NCBI GenBank assembly: GCA_964605545.1
Contig: CAZSCX010000001.1
Location: forward strand, 16,148 to 80,147
Length of the DNA stretch: 64,000 nucleotides
Direction: 5' to 3'
Source: an uncultured Gammaproteobacteria bacterium
Lineage (GTDB): Bacteria; Patescibacteriota; Microgenomatia; UBA12405
Shown here: positions 8,206 through 17,355 of the stretch, piece by piece
Position numbering within the stretch: position 1 is the stretch's first letter
How the letters are laid out: every line of letters begins with the position of its first letter
Notes under the pieces: generated by a model
Databases searched by the model: none
Told to the model about the DNA's origin: nothing
What the model saw: only the letters and a program-made list of their open reading frames with translations
Translations under genes and position numbers: made by a program

Positions 8206-9255
8206 ATGGATTTAATCATTTTTTTATTGGCCTTATCGATATTGGTTTTGGTACATGAATTTGGTCATTATCTTTTTGCTATTAAAACGGGGGTTAAAGT
8301 TGAGGAGTTTGGTTTAGGTTTACCACCGAGGATGATTGGCAAGAAGATCGGAGGGACAATTTTTAGTTTGAATTGGTTACCAATTGGTGGTTTTTGTAAA
8401 TTATATGGCGAGGATGCCGAAGGAAAGGGTAAAAATGCCTTTAACAACAAAAGCCCTTGGCAAAAATTATTGGTGGTATTGGGAGGAGTTTTGATGAATT
8501 TAGTTTTGGCAATTATGATTTTTTCGGTAGTTTATTCGATTGTGGGAGTACCAAAAGAAACAGAAAAGGTTAAAATTTTGGAAATTGCCGATAAATCTCC
8601 GGCAGAAATAGTTGGTTTAAAAATTGATGATTGGATAAAAGAAATTAATGGTGAGCCAGTAAAAAGTTCCGAACAATTGATTGAGGTGGCAGGGAAATAC
8701 AAGGGTAACAAGACAGACGTTTTGGTGAATAGGGGAGGAGAAGATTTGAAATTTGAAATTGAAATAAGAGAAAATCCACCCGAAGGAGAAGGGGCGATGG
8801 GAGTGGCAATTTCTACTATGGAAATGCAAAAAATTCGCTGGTATGAATTTTATAAAGGAATTAGTTATGGTTTTAAAGAGGCTTATTATTGGGGAAAAAT
8901 TATTGGTGGTGGAGTGATAAAAATGATTGGTGATTTGTTTTTAGGAAAAACCCCAAAAGATGTTTCCGGGCCAATTGGAATGTATGAAGCAACAACAGCA
9001 ATAAAGAAAAATCAAGGTATTTTGGCAGTAATTCATTTTTTTGGAGTAGTATCGGTAAATTTAGCGGTGGTGAATATTTTGCCTTTTCCTGCTTTAGATG
9101 GAGGCAGAATATTATTTGTGATTTATGAGATGATTAGTCGTAAGAAAGCAAAGCAGTCTTTGGAAGTGATGATAAACAATATTGGTATGTGGGTATTGTT
9201 GACTTTGATTTTGATGATAACTTTTGGTGATCTTAAAAGGTTGTTTTTTAAATAA
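8206..9255 (+). CDS. rseP: RIP metalloprotease RseP (site-2 protease) with PDZ
   Basis: HEFGHYLFA (HExxH), a PDZ segment, and LNLAVVNILPFPALDGGR (LDG motif). Confidence 0.85.
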   Translation: MDLIIFLLALSILVLVHEFGHYLFAIKTGVKVEEFGLGLPPRMIGKKIGGTIFSLNWLPIGGFCKLYGEDAEGKGKNAFNNKSPWQKLLVVLGGVLMNLVLAIMIFSVVYSIVGVPKETEKVKILEIADKSPAEIVGLKIDDWIKEINGEPVKSSEQLIEVAGKYKGNKTDVLVNRGGEDLKFEIEIRENPPEGEGAMGVAISTMEMQKIRWYEFYKGISYGFKEAYYWGKIIGGGVIKMIGDLFLGKTPKDVSGPIGMYEATTAIKKNQGILAVIHFFGVVSVNLAVVNILPFPALDGGRILFVIYEMISRKKAKQSLEVMINNIGMWVLLTLILMITFGDLKRLFFK

Positions 9256-9341
9256 TTAAAATTCTTCGATATATTTTTTCTTCGCTGATGAATCTGCAAC
9301 GCAGGTTCAAGGCTTGAAAAAACACATCTTCATAATTTTAT

Positions 9342-10607
9342 TTATTGTATGGTTAATTCCAGGAGATGGGCGGAGTTGGGAGACATATAAATAGTGGTTT
9401 GATTGTTGTTTAAAATTTCTGAAGTAGTATTGCCCAAGAATTGCGTTTTATTTAATTTGTATTGACCTGATGGCAAGTCTTTTAGTGTAATAGGAACGGT
9501 TTCTTCGTGTTTATTGTCGGGATCATAGTTTACTAGAAGAATTTGAATAGTTTGGTTGTCTTTGGTGGCTAAAGCGGAAACATGTGAACCATTACCTTCT
9601 TGACCAATGAGTTCTCCTTTAAGTTTATTTAAAAATTCAAAAGCATAATAACGAGGTTTTATGGTTCCGTCCTTTTTTATTAAGCCCCAGTGAGTGTTTG
9701 GTCCATCGATTATTTCAAAAGTAAAAACTTTATGAATATAAGGAGAGAGACGGCTAGCGGATGAGAGAAGGTGAATGGCAGAAAAAATATTATTATAAAA
9801 ATCATCATTTTCCGAAGTTGGTCCAAATTCTGAAATGATCTTTTCTATATCACGATATGAGGGGTAAGAGGCGAGGAGAGAATTGAGATTTTCGATATCA
9901 GAAAGGTATTCCGTGGGATATTTTGAGTATTTATGCCATGATATAAAGTCTAGTTTGATATGGTTATTATTGCAGTATTCGAGTAAGTATTTTATCCAAT
10001 TAGGATAGTAGCCTGAAGTGCTGGGGCCACCAATTTTATAGGGAGTATTTTGAGCTCCGGCAGAGATGGCAACAGCGGTTTTGGCATAAAAGTCCAGGTA
10101 ATTATTTTCTCCTTTATAGTGCATTTTATTATAGAGATCGGGTTCGTTTAGAACTTCATAATAAATATTGTCAATGTTTTTTTCCACAGAGTAGCGATAA
10201 ACCAGAGCAGTGACGGCTTCCTGCCAATTTGAAACATCGTCAGGATTAGTGAGACTAAAGAAAGGTTTAGCACCGGTAGCAAGAATAGTATCGACAGTAT
10301 CGTCTAACTCTTTTTGGGTATAATAATTAAATACATGGTCTATTCTGATATATTGAGGCGAGAGCTTTTGGAGATGGGAAAGAGCTGGTTTGATCATGTT
10401 GGTATGTGATTCTTCTCCACCTTGAGAAAAATTACTCCAAAAATTTTTGGGAATATTGCCGACCGAGTTTTGAGTGTGAATAATGATGTTGGCTAAAGTA
10501 GGAGTGGCATCTTTACGTATATCTTGTTGTTGCTTAATTAATAGTATAAAGACAGGGAGAAGAAGAAAAAAAATGAGAGTGATAATAATTTGTTTCTTTT
10601 TTGACAA
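9342..10607 (-). CDS. glycoside hydrolase, clan GH-A (GH5/GH39-like), membrane-anchored; TTG start
   Basis: YEVLNEPD (acid/base NEP) and ISEFGPT (nucleophile EFG). The N-terminal TM helix followed by QQDIRKDA resembles the leader motif of the adjacent cluster. Confidence 0.6.
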   Translation of the reverse strand: MSKKKQIIITLIFFLLLPVFILLIKQQQDIRKDATPTLANIIIHTQNSVGNIPKNFWSNFSQGGEESHTNMIKPALSHLQKLSPQYIRIDHVFNYYTQKELDDTVDTILATGAKPFFSLTNPDDVSNWQEAVTALVYRYSVEKNIDNIYYEVLNEPDLYNKMHYKGENNYLDFYAKTAVAISAGAQNTPYKIGGPSTSGYYPNWIKYLLEYCNNNHIKLDFISWHKYSKYPTEYLSDIENLNSLLASYPSYRDIEKIISEFGPTSENDDFYNNIFSAIHLLSSASRLSPYIHKVFTFEIIDGPNTHWGLIKKDGTIKPRYYAFEFLNKLKGELIGQEGNGSHVSALATKDNQTIQILLVNYDPDNKHEETVPITLKDLPSGQYKLNKTQFLGNTTSEILNNNQTTIYMSPNSAHLLELTIQ

Positions 10608-10632
10608 GTTATAAATAGTATATAATGATTTT

Positions 10633-13314
10633 ATGAAAAAGTGTGCCGGATTAGCGCAAATTCCTTTGATGTTGGGATTGTTGCTAATGGCAGTGGCGAT
10701 ACCGGTAGTATCTCAATTGACAAAAAATAGTCAAGAAACAAGAAATCGAGCCCAGAGTATGCCGATAACTTATTACCGATTGATAGGTGATCAGTGTGTT
10801 GTGGCTGGAATTTTTTTAACGATTGACGAATGCCAGCAGGTAGTTAACGGGACTTGTTATGAGAATAGTAATTGTGAGAGCGGTGGAGAGGATGAGCCAA
10901 CGGCGACTCCTGATCCGATATCTAGATATTATATATGCGATTCGAAACCAGGAATGAAAAGACTTTGTAGTATTTCTTATTCTAGTGAGTCTGCTTGCCA
11001 GGCAGCTATTATAGATTCAAACACTCAAAAATGTGTTAATGATTGTAATAAAGAATGTTTAAATACATATTCTGTATGTATTGATCCGGCAATATTGGAA
11101 AAATGTCCAAATGGATCTCGAACAATGGGTTGTGAGCAATTGCTATATTCGAATGAAGTGCCAATGGGAGAGATTGCCGGAATAAATTATTTCTATGCCG
11201 ATCCGCCCAATAATTTTTTGGCTCGTTGTTTTTCTTTTGATTATGATTTTGAAGCGTCACAGGGTCGCGGAGGGGTTTTTGGAGAACTTGAGTGTTATGA
11301 GAGGTTCGGGAAACAAAATTGTTTTATCAGTAATGGTGATTGTTCAAATGTTTGTCCAAAACCAAGTACTAATACAATTACGCCAGCGCCGCCATTTGAG
11401 GCGTATAGATGTATGGAAAGTACCTGCCAGAGACAGATTTATGCAAGTATTGACGAGTGTTTGAAGGAAAATGGATTTGCCGGTTGTTTTAATGGTTGTA
11501 GTGATCAATTTTGTAGTGTCGAACAGGAATTAACCGAATATTATTATTGTGATTATAATAGTGAAAATGTAATTGAGGGAAGTTCTTTTGTTACGGGTGA
11601 GTGTGGCCATAATAGTTTTAAAAATATTTATGAATGCTATTCTCAGCATGAGAAATGTACTTTATTGAATTGTGATGATAATCCTTTGGGAATGAATGAT
11701 AATTGTCAGAAAAGTGTGATTGAGGAGGATAAAAAATTAAAATTATATTTTTGTAGTCCAAGCGGATGTCGGTGGGAAATGTTTAAAAACTGGGTAGAGT
11801 GCGGTAAATTACATGGTGTTTGTTATGATGCTTTGAATCAATGTAAATTGTATCAAAGATGTGCGGTGGCACCGCCAACTGATGATATCTATTATTTGGA
11901 TATGTCGTACACAAAATATAGTGAACAGTGTCGAAAAAGTAGTTATAAATATCTTGAAGATTGCGAACTCTATGTAAATGGTTGCGAAGAAGGAACAACA
12001 CTTGATTATTGCAAAAGACAGCTGGGAGAAAATTTTGAAAATGCAAGATGTTTTATGAATGATTCTTTGTGTGGCAGGCCAGCGCAAGAACCTTTAACAA
12101 TAGAAGTGACACCAAAATTTTCCAGTAATCCGGTGAGAGCGAAAGAAGAATTTTCTTTGGAAATTTTTGCCGATGTAATCAATGACGGTCAAACAATGCC
12201 CGATTTTTCTATTAAAGTGTGTATGACTGATAATTTAACTCGGGTATTAGACAAAGACAATACAAGTGATTGTAGTTTTACAGTAGAAGATGTCGAGGAT
12301 GAAACCCAAAAATGTTATCAGATTAGTGGTAGTTGTGTTGCAAAAAGTGAGAAGACAGTGTTGGCTAGATTATGGTTTGTGTCTGAAGCGGCCAATACAA
12401 CTGTGACTTTTTCGGTTGATTGGCCTGGATATTTTGCCGATGAATTGATTTTAAATATTGGGAATGAAGCACGAAGTTGTGATACCGGAGAGAATGGAGA
12501 TGCCAATAAAAATGGGGAGATTACAATGGATGATCATGGTATTTGGGAAAATGAATATTTTATAGGAACTTCGATGACATCTGATTTTAACTGTGATTCT
12601 AAGATTGATCTTTTGGATTTTGAAATTTGGCGATCAGGATATTTCAATCGAAATATTTCGATAACACCTTCGCCAAAACCGGTTGAATGTACAAATGGTG
12701 AATGGAAATGTTTGGATGCGACTAGAGCCCAACAATGTGTTGAGGGTTTTTGGAAAAATACAATTTGTGGTAGTGGATATAAATGTGATACTGGTGTTTG
12801 TAAAGAAGTCCAGTGTATTTTTGAAAATGAAAAATATTCAATTGGAACGAGTATTTGTACCGATACTTATTTGCCATCTGTATGTAGATCAAATGGTTTG
12901 TTTGAGGAAGGAGAATGGTGTAATAGAGGTGATTGGTGCAAGGATGGGATATGTAAAGAAATTACTTGTACCAAGGGAGATCAGGAATATAAAGTAGGTG
13001 AATCTTATTGTGGTGTTCAATCAATATTTAAATGTGGTGGTAGTGGAAGTTTTTATTCTTATGCATGTAATGGAACTTTGGTACCAGGAGAAAGATCTTG
13101 TCAGTGTGTACCTTTTGAAAATAGTCCAACGCCGACACCACCGGTAGGCACGCCGGTAACCAAATGTTATCGGAGAGATAATTATGCAGAGATGAATGTA
13201 GGGGATACTTATTGTCAGGACGATATATTTTATTTGTGTCAGAGTAACGGTATTTTGTATGAACATCAATGTATTAATGGTTGTTTAGGAGATGAATGTG
13301 CTAGTGAAATATAA
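10633..13314 (+). CDS. very Cys-rich secreted/surface protein (893 aa) with pilin-like leader and internal dockerin-like Ca-loops
   Basis: MKKCAG-LAQIPLMLGLLLMAVAIP leader and SQETRNRA motif. Carries an internal dockerin-like pair (NGDANKNGEITMDD ... DFNCDSKIDLLDFEIWR) and C-terminal C..G.W..C repeats. Confidence 0.5.
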   Translation: MKKCAGLAQIPLMLGLLLMAVAIPVVSQLTKNSQETRNRAQSMPITYYRLIGDQCVVAGIFLTIDECQQVVNGTCYENSNCESGGEDEPTATPDPISRYYICDSKPGMKRLCSISYSSESACQAAIIDSNTQKCVNDCNKECLNTYSVCIDPAILEKCPNGSRTMGCEQLLYSNEVPMGEIAGINYFYADPPNNFLARCFSFDYDFEASQGRGGVFGELECYERFGKQNCFISNGDCSNVCPKPSTNTITPAPPFEAYRCMESTCQRQIYASIDECLKENGFAGCFNGCSDQFCSVEQELTEYYYCDYNSENVIEGSSFVTGECGHNSFKNIYECYSQHEKCTLLNCDDNPLGMNDNCQKSVIEEDKKLKLYFCSPSGCRWEMFKNWVECGKLHGVCYDALNQCKLYQRCAVAPPTDDIYYLDMSYTKYSEQCRKSSYKYLEDCELYVNGCEEGTTLDYCKRQLGENFENARCFMNDSLCGRPAQEPLTIEVTPKFSSNPVRAKEEFSLEIFADVINDGQTMPDFSIKVCMTDNLTRVLDKDNTSDCSFTVEDVEDETQKCYQISGSCVAKSEKTVLARLWFVSEAANTTVTFSVDWPGYFADELILNIGNEARSCDTGENGDANKNGEITMDDHGIWENEYFIGTSMTSDFNCDSKIDLLDFEIWRSGYFNRNISITPSPKPVECTNGEWKCLDATRAQQCVEGFWKNTICGSGYKCDTGVCKEVQCIFENEKYSIGTSICTDTYLPSVCRSNGLFEEGEWCNRGDWCKDGICKEITCTKGDQEYKVGESYCGVQSIFKCGGSGSFYSYACNGTLVPGERSCQCVPFENSPTPTPPVGTPVTKCYRRDNYAEMNVGDTYCQDDIFYLCQSNGILYEHQCINGCLGDECASEI

Positions 13315-14437
13315 AAATATATTATTGATGTTGGGGTTGTTGATAGTAATGGTGGTAAGTTTAGTATTGATTAAAAGGCAACAGGATTTGAGAAGAGGAG
13401 CGGCGGGTTTAAAGACTGCTTTGTTGATTTTGAGCCCGGAGTCGGTAGGGGCAACTATTGGCGATAATTTTGATATTAATTTTTCAGTGAGTACCGAATC
13501 GACTATGTCGGCAGCAAAACTGAACATTTGTTATCCGACTAATATTGATTTGGAGAGTCAAAATACTGAATTGGCAGATTTTAATTTGTATGTAAATGCG
13601 GTGGGAGAATCAGGGGGAGAAAAGTGTGTTGAGGTGGTATTGACGGGAATTGCCAGTGACGATAAATTACCAAGTAAATTTATTAAATTATTAAAATTAA
13701 ATTTTGTAGCCAGACAGAGTGGTAGAGGGACGGTCAAAGTTGATGTCACAAAATCGCAGATGGTTGGTGTAGGGGGAGAAATTGCTATTGATTCAGGAGT
13801 AAATGAGGTAGTGGTGAGTGTAAATGATGAAAATGGTCAGGGAGGTGGCGGAGAAACGCCGACTTTAGAACCAACACCTTTTATGAAATATTGGAAGTGT
13901 GATCCGGTAACAATGGTATGTGAAGAAATTAATCCTGATGAGTGTTTGTTGATTGGAGAGGAGTGTTTGGTAAATGAGAATTGTCCGACTGATTACACTT
14001 GTCTTGAGATGACAATTACACCGACATCGCCAATAGTAACAACGACACCGATAGTTGAAATGAAATATTGGATCTGTGATGAAGCCACTAAAATATGTGA
14101 GGAAGTAAGTGAAACGGTGTGTAATTTGGATTCAAATTGCAAGATTAGTATTGATTGTCCAGATGGATACACTTGTTCTGTAATTACGATTACCAAAACT
14201 CCAGTACCAGTTGGATGTCAGGATTGTAAATCTTTAGATCCTGAATATAGTGGCAATGGGAGAAAAGGCGGAGATTATAATTGTGATGCGGTTGTTAATG
14301 GAACTGATTTTGTAATTTGGCGGAGAGAAGCTTTAGATAAAATTATGAGGTATGATTGTTGGCAGGCTGATGGTAATGATGACGATAAGGTATCATTAAT
14401 TGATTATTCTTTGTGGAGGGAATGGTATTTAAAGTAG
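13292..14437 (+). CDS. surface protein: N-anchor, cohesin-like domain, 2x eight-Cys module, C-terminal dockerin-like domain
   Basis: Leader ...LIKRQQDLRRGAAG and a cohesin-like segment (IKLLKLNFVARQSGRGTVKVDV). Two YWxCDxxTxxCEE...CPDGYTC modules. The C-terminus is YNCDAVVNGTDFVIWRREAL...DGNDDDKVSLIDYSLWREWYLK. Confidence 0.5.
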   Translation: MNVLVKYKNILLMLGLLIVMVVSLVLIKRQQDLRRGAAGLKTALLILSPESVGATIGDNFDINFSVSTESTMSAAKLNICYPTNIDLESQNTELADFNLYVNAVGESGGEKCVEVVLTGIASDDKLPSKFIKLLKLNFVARQSGRGTVKVDVTKSQMVGVGGEIAIDSGVNEVVVSVNDENGQGGGGETPTLEPTPFMKYWKCDPVTMVCEEINPDECLLIGEECLVNENCPTDYTCLEMTITPTSPIVTTTPIVEMKYWICDEATKICEEVSETVCNLDSNCKISIDCPDGYTCSVITITKTPVPVGCQDCKSLDPEYSGNGRKGGDYNCDAVVNGTDFVIWRREALDKIMRYDCWQADGNDDDKVSLIDYSLWREWYLK

Positions 14438-14477
14438 TGCTACTTGATATTATGCTAATATTAATTGATAATTATTT

Positions 14478-16304
14478 ATGATGTTTGATAAAAAGAATTT
14501 GGCTAATGTGGTAACAGCAGTGTTTTTGTTTACAGCGTTGATGGTGACTGGTTTGGCAGTAAAGAGAACTTTGGATATGAGAAATAGGGCAGCGACGACA
14601 GGGACAAAATTTTATATTGATCCGGCTAGTGTGGAATTAAAAGTGGGAGAGACAAAAGAATTTGCTGTTTATGTCGATACTTCTGATACCGGAGAAAAAG
14701 TAGCTTTTGTGGAAGGGCAGTTGTGTTATGGTCCAAAAATTAAAATTGCCAGTCAGTCGGCTGATGTTTATAAACCACAGGAAGAATATTTTAATGATGT
14801 TGACCTAATTAAGGGCAAGAGAGCGGAAGATATCGTCGATGGTACAACGGCTGGAGTGAAGTGTTTAAATTTTGCCTTAAGTTCGGCTAGTGTTACATCA
14901 GATAATTTAAAAAGCGGAGTAGTAAAAACTTTAATCGTTAGATTTACTGGGGTGGAAACAGGTAGCGAAAAAGTTAGTTTTACCCAAGATCCATTAAAGA
15001 CTTATTATAATAATAATTTAAGTGATGAGCCTGGAATTATTGCTGCTTATACCGATTCAGAAATTACGGTGGTGACACCAAGCGAGGGAAGTGAATCATT
15101 GATTACTCTTGATGGTTCAAAATTGGCAACTAAAGTTGGTGAAACCGGAGAAGTAATAGTAAAACTTGATACTTCGTCATCATCTAGAGAAGTCGATGGA
15201 TTTCAGGCGACTGTTTGTTATGGAAAGGAATATAAAATTGGAAATACCTTGGCAGATGTAACAGTGGCCAATAGTACCAGCAAGGGTTTATCGAGCATTT
15301 TCAGACCAATTACAGTTATTCCGAAGACTGATGGTAGTGGGACATGTGCAACAATAGCAATGAGAGCTTCGGCTGAAGATGGAGTTGAATTGCCTTCTGG
15401 TTCTTTTGATGTTTTGAGAATAAAACTGGAAGCTGTTATAGCTGGCAAAGGGACGGTTTATTTAGATAAAGAGCAATGTGAAGTGAGTGGACCAAGTGTG
15501 CCCGGCAAGGGAAATGCGATTACTCACGATATTGGATCGGCTGTAGCTTATGAAGTGCTTTCTGATGGAGGAAAATTTTGGCAATGTAATGAAACAACAA
15601 GAATTTGTGAGGAAATAAGTGAAACTACATGTAATTTGATTGATAACTGTATCCGTAGTGGAGATTGTCCTGTAGGTTATACTTGTCCGAGTACAACCGA
15701 TACACCGAAACCAACACCAACAGATACACCGGAGGAAACTGGTTTGATATTTAATTTTAAAATGACTTTTCAAGGTTTAATGTCAAATGCCTCGGAATGT
15801 GGTGAGAAATGGAATAATTTAAAAATTAAATTAGTTGACAGTAAAGGTAAAGAAAGTCCTTTGATGGATGTAGCTATTTCACCGGAAGATGCTTTGTCTA
15901 TGGCTGTAGAACCGATGGTTTTTAAAGGAAAAGTATATTTGGGTGAATATGTGCCGGAAGGAGATGTTTTTGCTTTGATGCGGGGGCCAATTCATATTAC
16001 CGATAAATATGGTATGGATGCACAAAACGGTGAATACAATATTTATTTGGGTAAACTTAATGGAATGACGGAAAATTTGGAAACGACAAAATTATTTGAT
16101 TTTACAAAATATGCTTTGAGAGGCGGTGATGTCGATGCCAATGATATGCTCAATGGGGCAGATTATACAAAGATTAAAGATAGTTTAAGTTGTACGGAAA
16201 GTACTTGTTTAAATTCTGATATTAATGGTGATTGTGTAGTTAATGCAGCCGATACTACATTTTTTATAGATAATATTAAAATACGCAATGGCAAATTATA
16301 CTAA
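14478..16304 (+). CDS. surface protein: N-anchor, two cohesin-like domains, eight-Cys module, C-terminal dockerin
   Basis: Leader ...VKRTLDMRNRAATTG and cohesin-like strands (KTLIVRFTGVETGSEKVSF). C-terminal dockerin pair GDVDANDMLNGADYTKIK / DINGDCVVNAADTTFFI. Confidence 0.5.
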   Translation: MMFDKKNLANVVTAVFLFTALMVTGLAVKRTLDMRNRAATTGTKFYIDPASVELKVGETKEFAVYVDTSDTGEKVAFVEGQLCYGPKIKIASQSADVYKPQEEYFNDVDLIKGKRAEDIVDGTTAGVKCLNFALSSASVTSDNLKSGVVKTLIVRFTGVETGSEKVSFTQDPLKTYYNNNLSDEPGIIAAYTDSEITVVTPSEGSESLITLDGSKLATKVGETGEVIVKLDTSSSSREVDGFQATVCYGKEYKIGNTLADVTVANSTSKGLSSIFRPITVIPKTDGSGTCATIAMRASAEDGVELPSGSFDVLRIKLEAVIAGKGTVYLDKEQCEVSGPSVPGKGNAITHDIGSAVAYEVLSDGGKFWQCNETTRICEEISETTCNLIDNCIRSGDCPVGYTCPSTTDTPKPTPTDTPEETGLIFNFKMTFQGLMSNASECGEKWNNLKIKLVDSKGKESPLMDVAISPEDALSMAVEPMVFKGKVYLGEYVPEGDVFALMRGPIHITDKYGMDAQNGEYNIYLGKLNGMTENLETTKLFDFTKYALRGGDVDANDMLNGADYTKIKDSLSCTESTCLNSDINGDCVVNAADTTFFIDNIKIRNGKLY

Positions 16305-16737
16305 GGCTTTTACTTTGGTGGAGTTGTTGGTAGCGATGACAATTATTATGGTACTGACAATTGTGGCGGTGGTAAATTATGGTAGTGTCCAAAAAAATGC
16401 CAGAGATTCAAAAAGAAAGGCTGATTTAGAAAAAGTGAGGGTGGCGTTGGAAATGTATAAACAGGATCATGATGGATGTTATCCGCCAAATACCAATACT
16501 TTGGATGACGAGGGTTATTTAGATATTGTGCCAAGAACTGATCCGAAAGGACAGCCGTATTGTTATATATTTGCTGGATCTGCTTGTGGGTCACCAGCAG
16601 TAGGAAATACGTCTTATTCTTTGTATACAAGTATGGAAAATGAGAAAAATGAATCTTCATCTTTTGATGCTTTTACTTGTATTGGAGATGGTGGTCTTAC
16701 ATTGGAAAATACAAATTATGGAGTTAGTAATCCTTAA
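16288..16737 (+). CDS. type IV pilin / T2SS pseudopilin (PulG/GspG-like)
   Basis: Class III signal: basic leader then A/G-FTLVELLVAMTIIMVL. Followed by a GspG-like SVQKNARDSKRKADLEKVRVALEMY. Confidence 0.75.
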   Translation: MANYTKAFTLVELLVAMTIIMVLTIVAVVNYGSVQKNARDSKRKADLEKVRVALEMYKQDHDGCYPPNTNTLDDEGYLDIVPRTDPKGQPYCYIFAGSACGSPAVGNTSYSLYTSMENEKNESSSFDAFTCIGDGGLTLENTNYGVSNP

Positions 16738-16740
16738 AAT

Positions 16741-17352
16741 ATGAAAAAAAATAAAGGCTTGGCTCAAATTCCATTGATAATTGGTTTGATGGTAGTGGCG
16801 GTGGCTATTCCAATGATCAAAAATATATCAATGAAAAAAGAAAAGACTAAAAATATTGTTTCTGAGGAAAAGGTCGTCGAAAAAAAGATGAAAAAAGTTG
16901 AGGCAAAAATGTTTTTGGAACCAAAGGATATAAATTTAAAAGTTGGAGAAAAAAAGAAAATTAAGATAATAGTTGATACAAGTGAGGGAAAAAGGAAGGT
17001 TGATATTGCCAGGGCAGTGTTGTGTTGGAGTGGGGGATTGGCAATAGGTGATATTGAGAAAGATATTGTTTTAGATAAATCTTTTTTTGATGGTTTTGTT
17101 TTTAAAAATCCTGTTAAGGTGGAAGGGTTCGATTGTATTGATATAGTTGCTAATTCACAAAAGAGAACTAATGAATTGAATTCCGGTAAAATGACTTTGG
17201 CTGAAGTTGTATTTGTGGCTACAGAAAAAATGGAAGGAGGGGTGTTTACTTTTGATTCTGTTTTAAGTGAAGTTTCTGGTCCTGCTAATGAAAATGGCGA
17301 TTATGGGATTCAATTAGGGGAATTTGAAAAATTTATTTATCAGGTTAAATAG
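16741..17352 (+). CDS. pilin-like-leader protein with single cohesin-like domain
   Basis: MKKNKG-LAQIPLIIGLMVVAVAIP leader and a cohesin-like body (MTLAEVVFVATEKMEGGVFTFD). Confidence 0.45.
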   Translation: MKKNKGLAQIPLIIGLMVVAVAIPMIKNISMKKEKTKNIVSEEKVVEKKMKKVEAKMFLEPKDINLKVGEKKKIKIIVDTSEGKRKVDIARAVLCWSGGLAIGDIEKDIVLDKSFFDGFVFKNPVKVEGFDCIDIVANSQKRTNELNSGKMTLAEVVFVATEKMEGGVFTFDSVLSEVSGPANENGDYGIQLGEFEKFIYQVK

Positions 17353-17355
17353 GCC

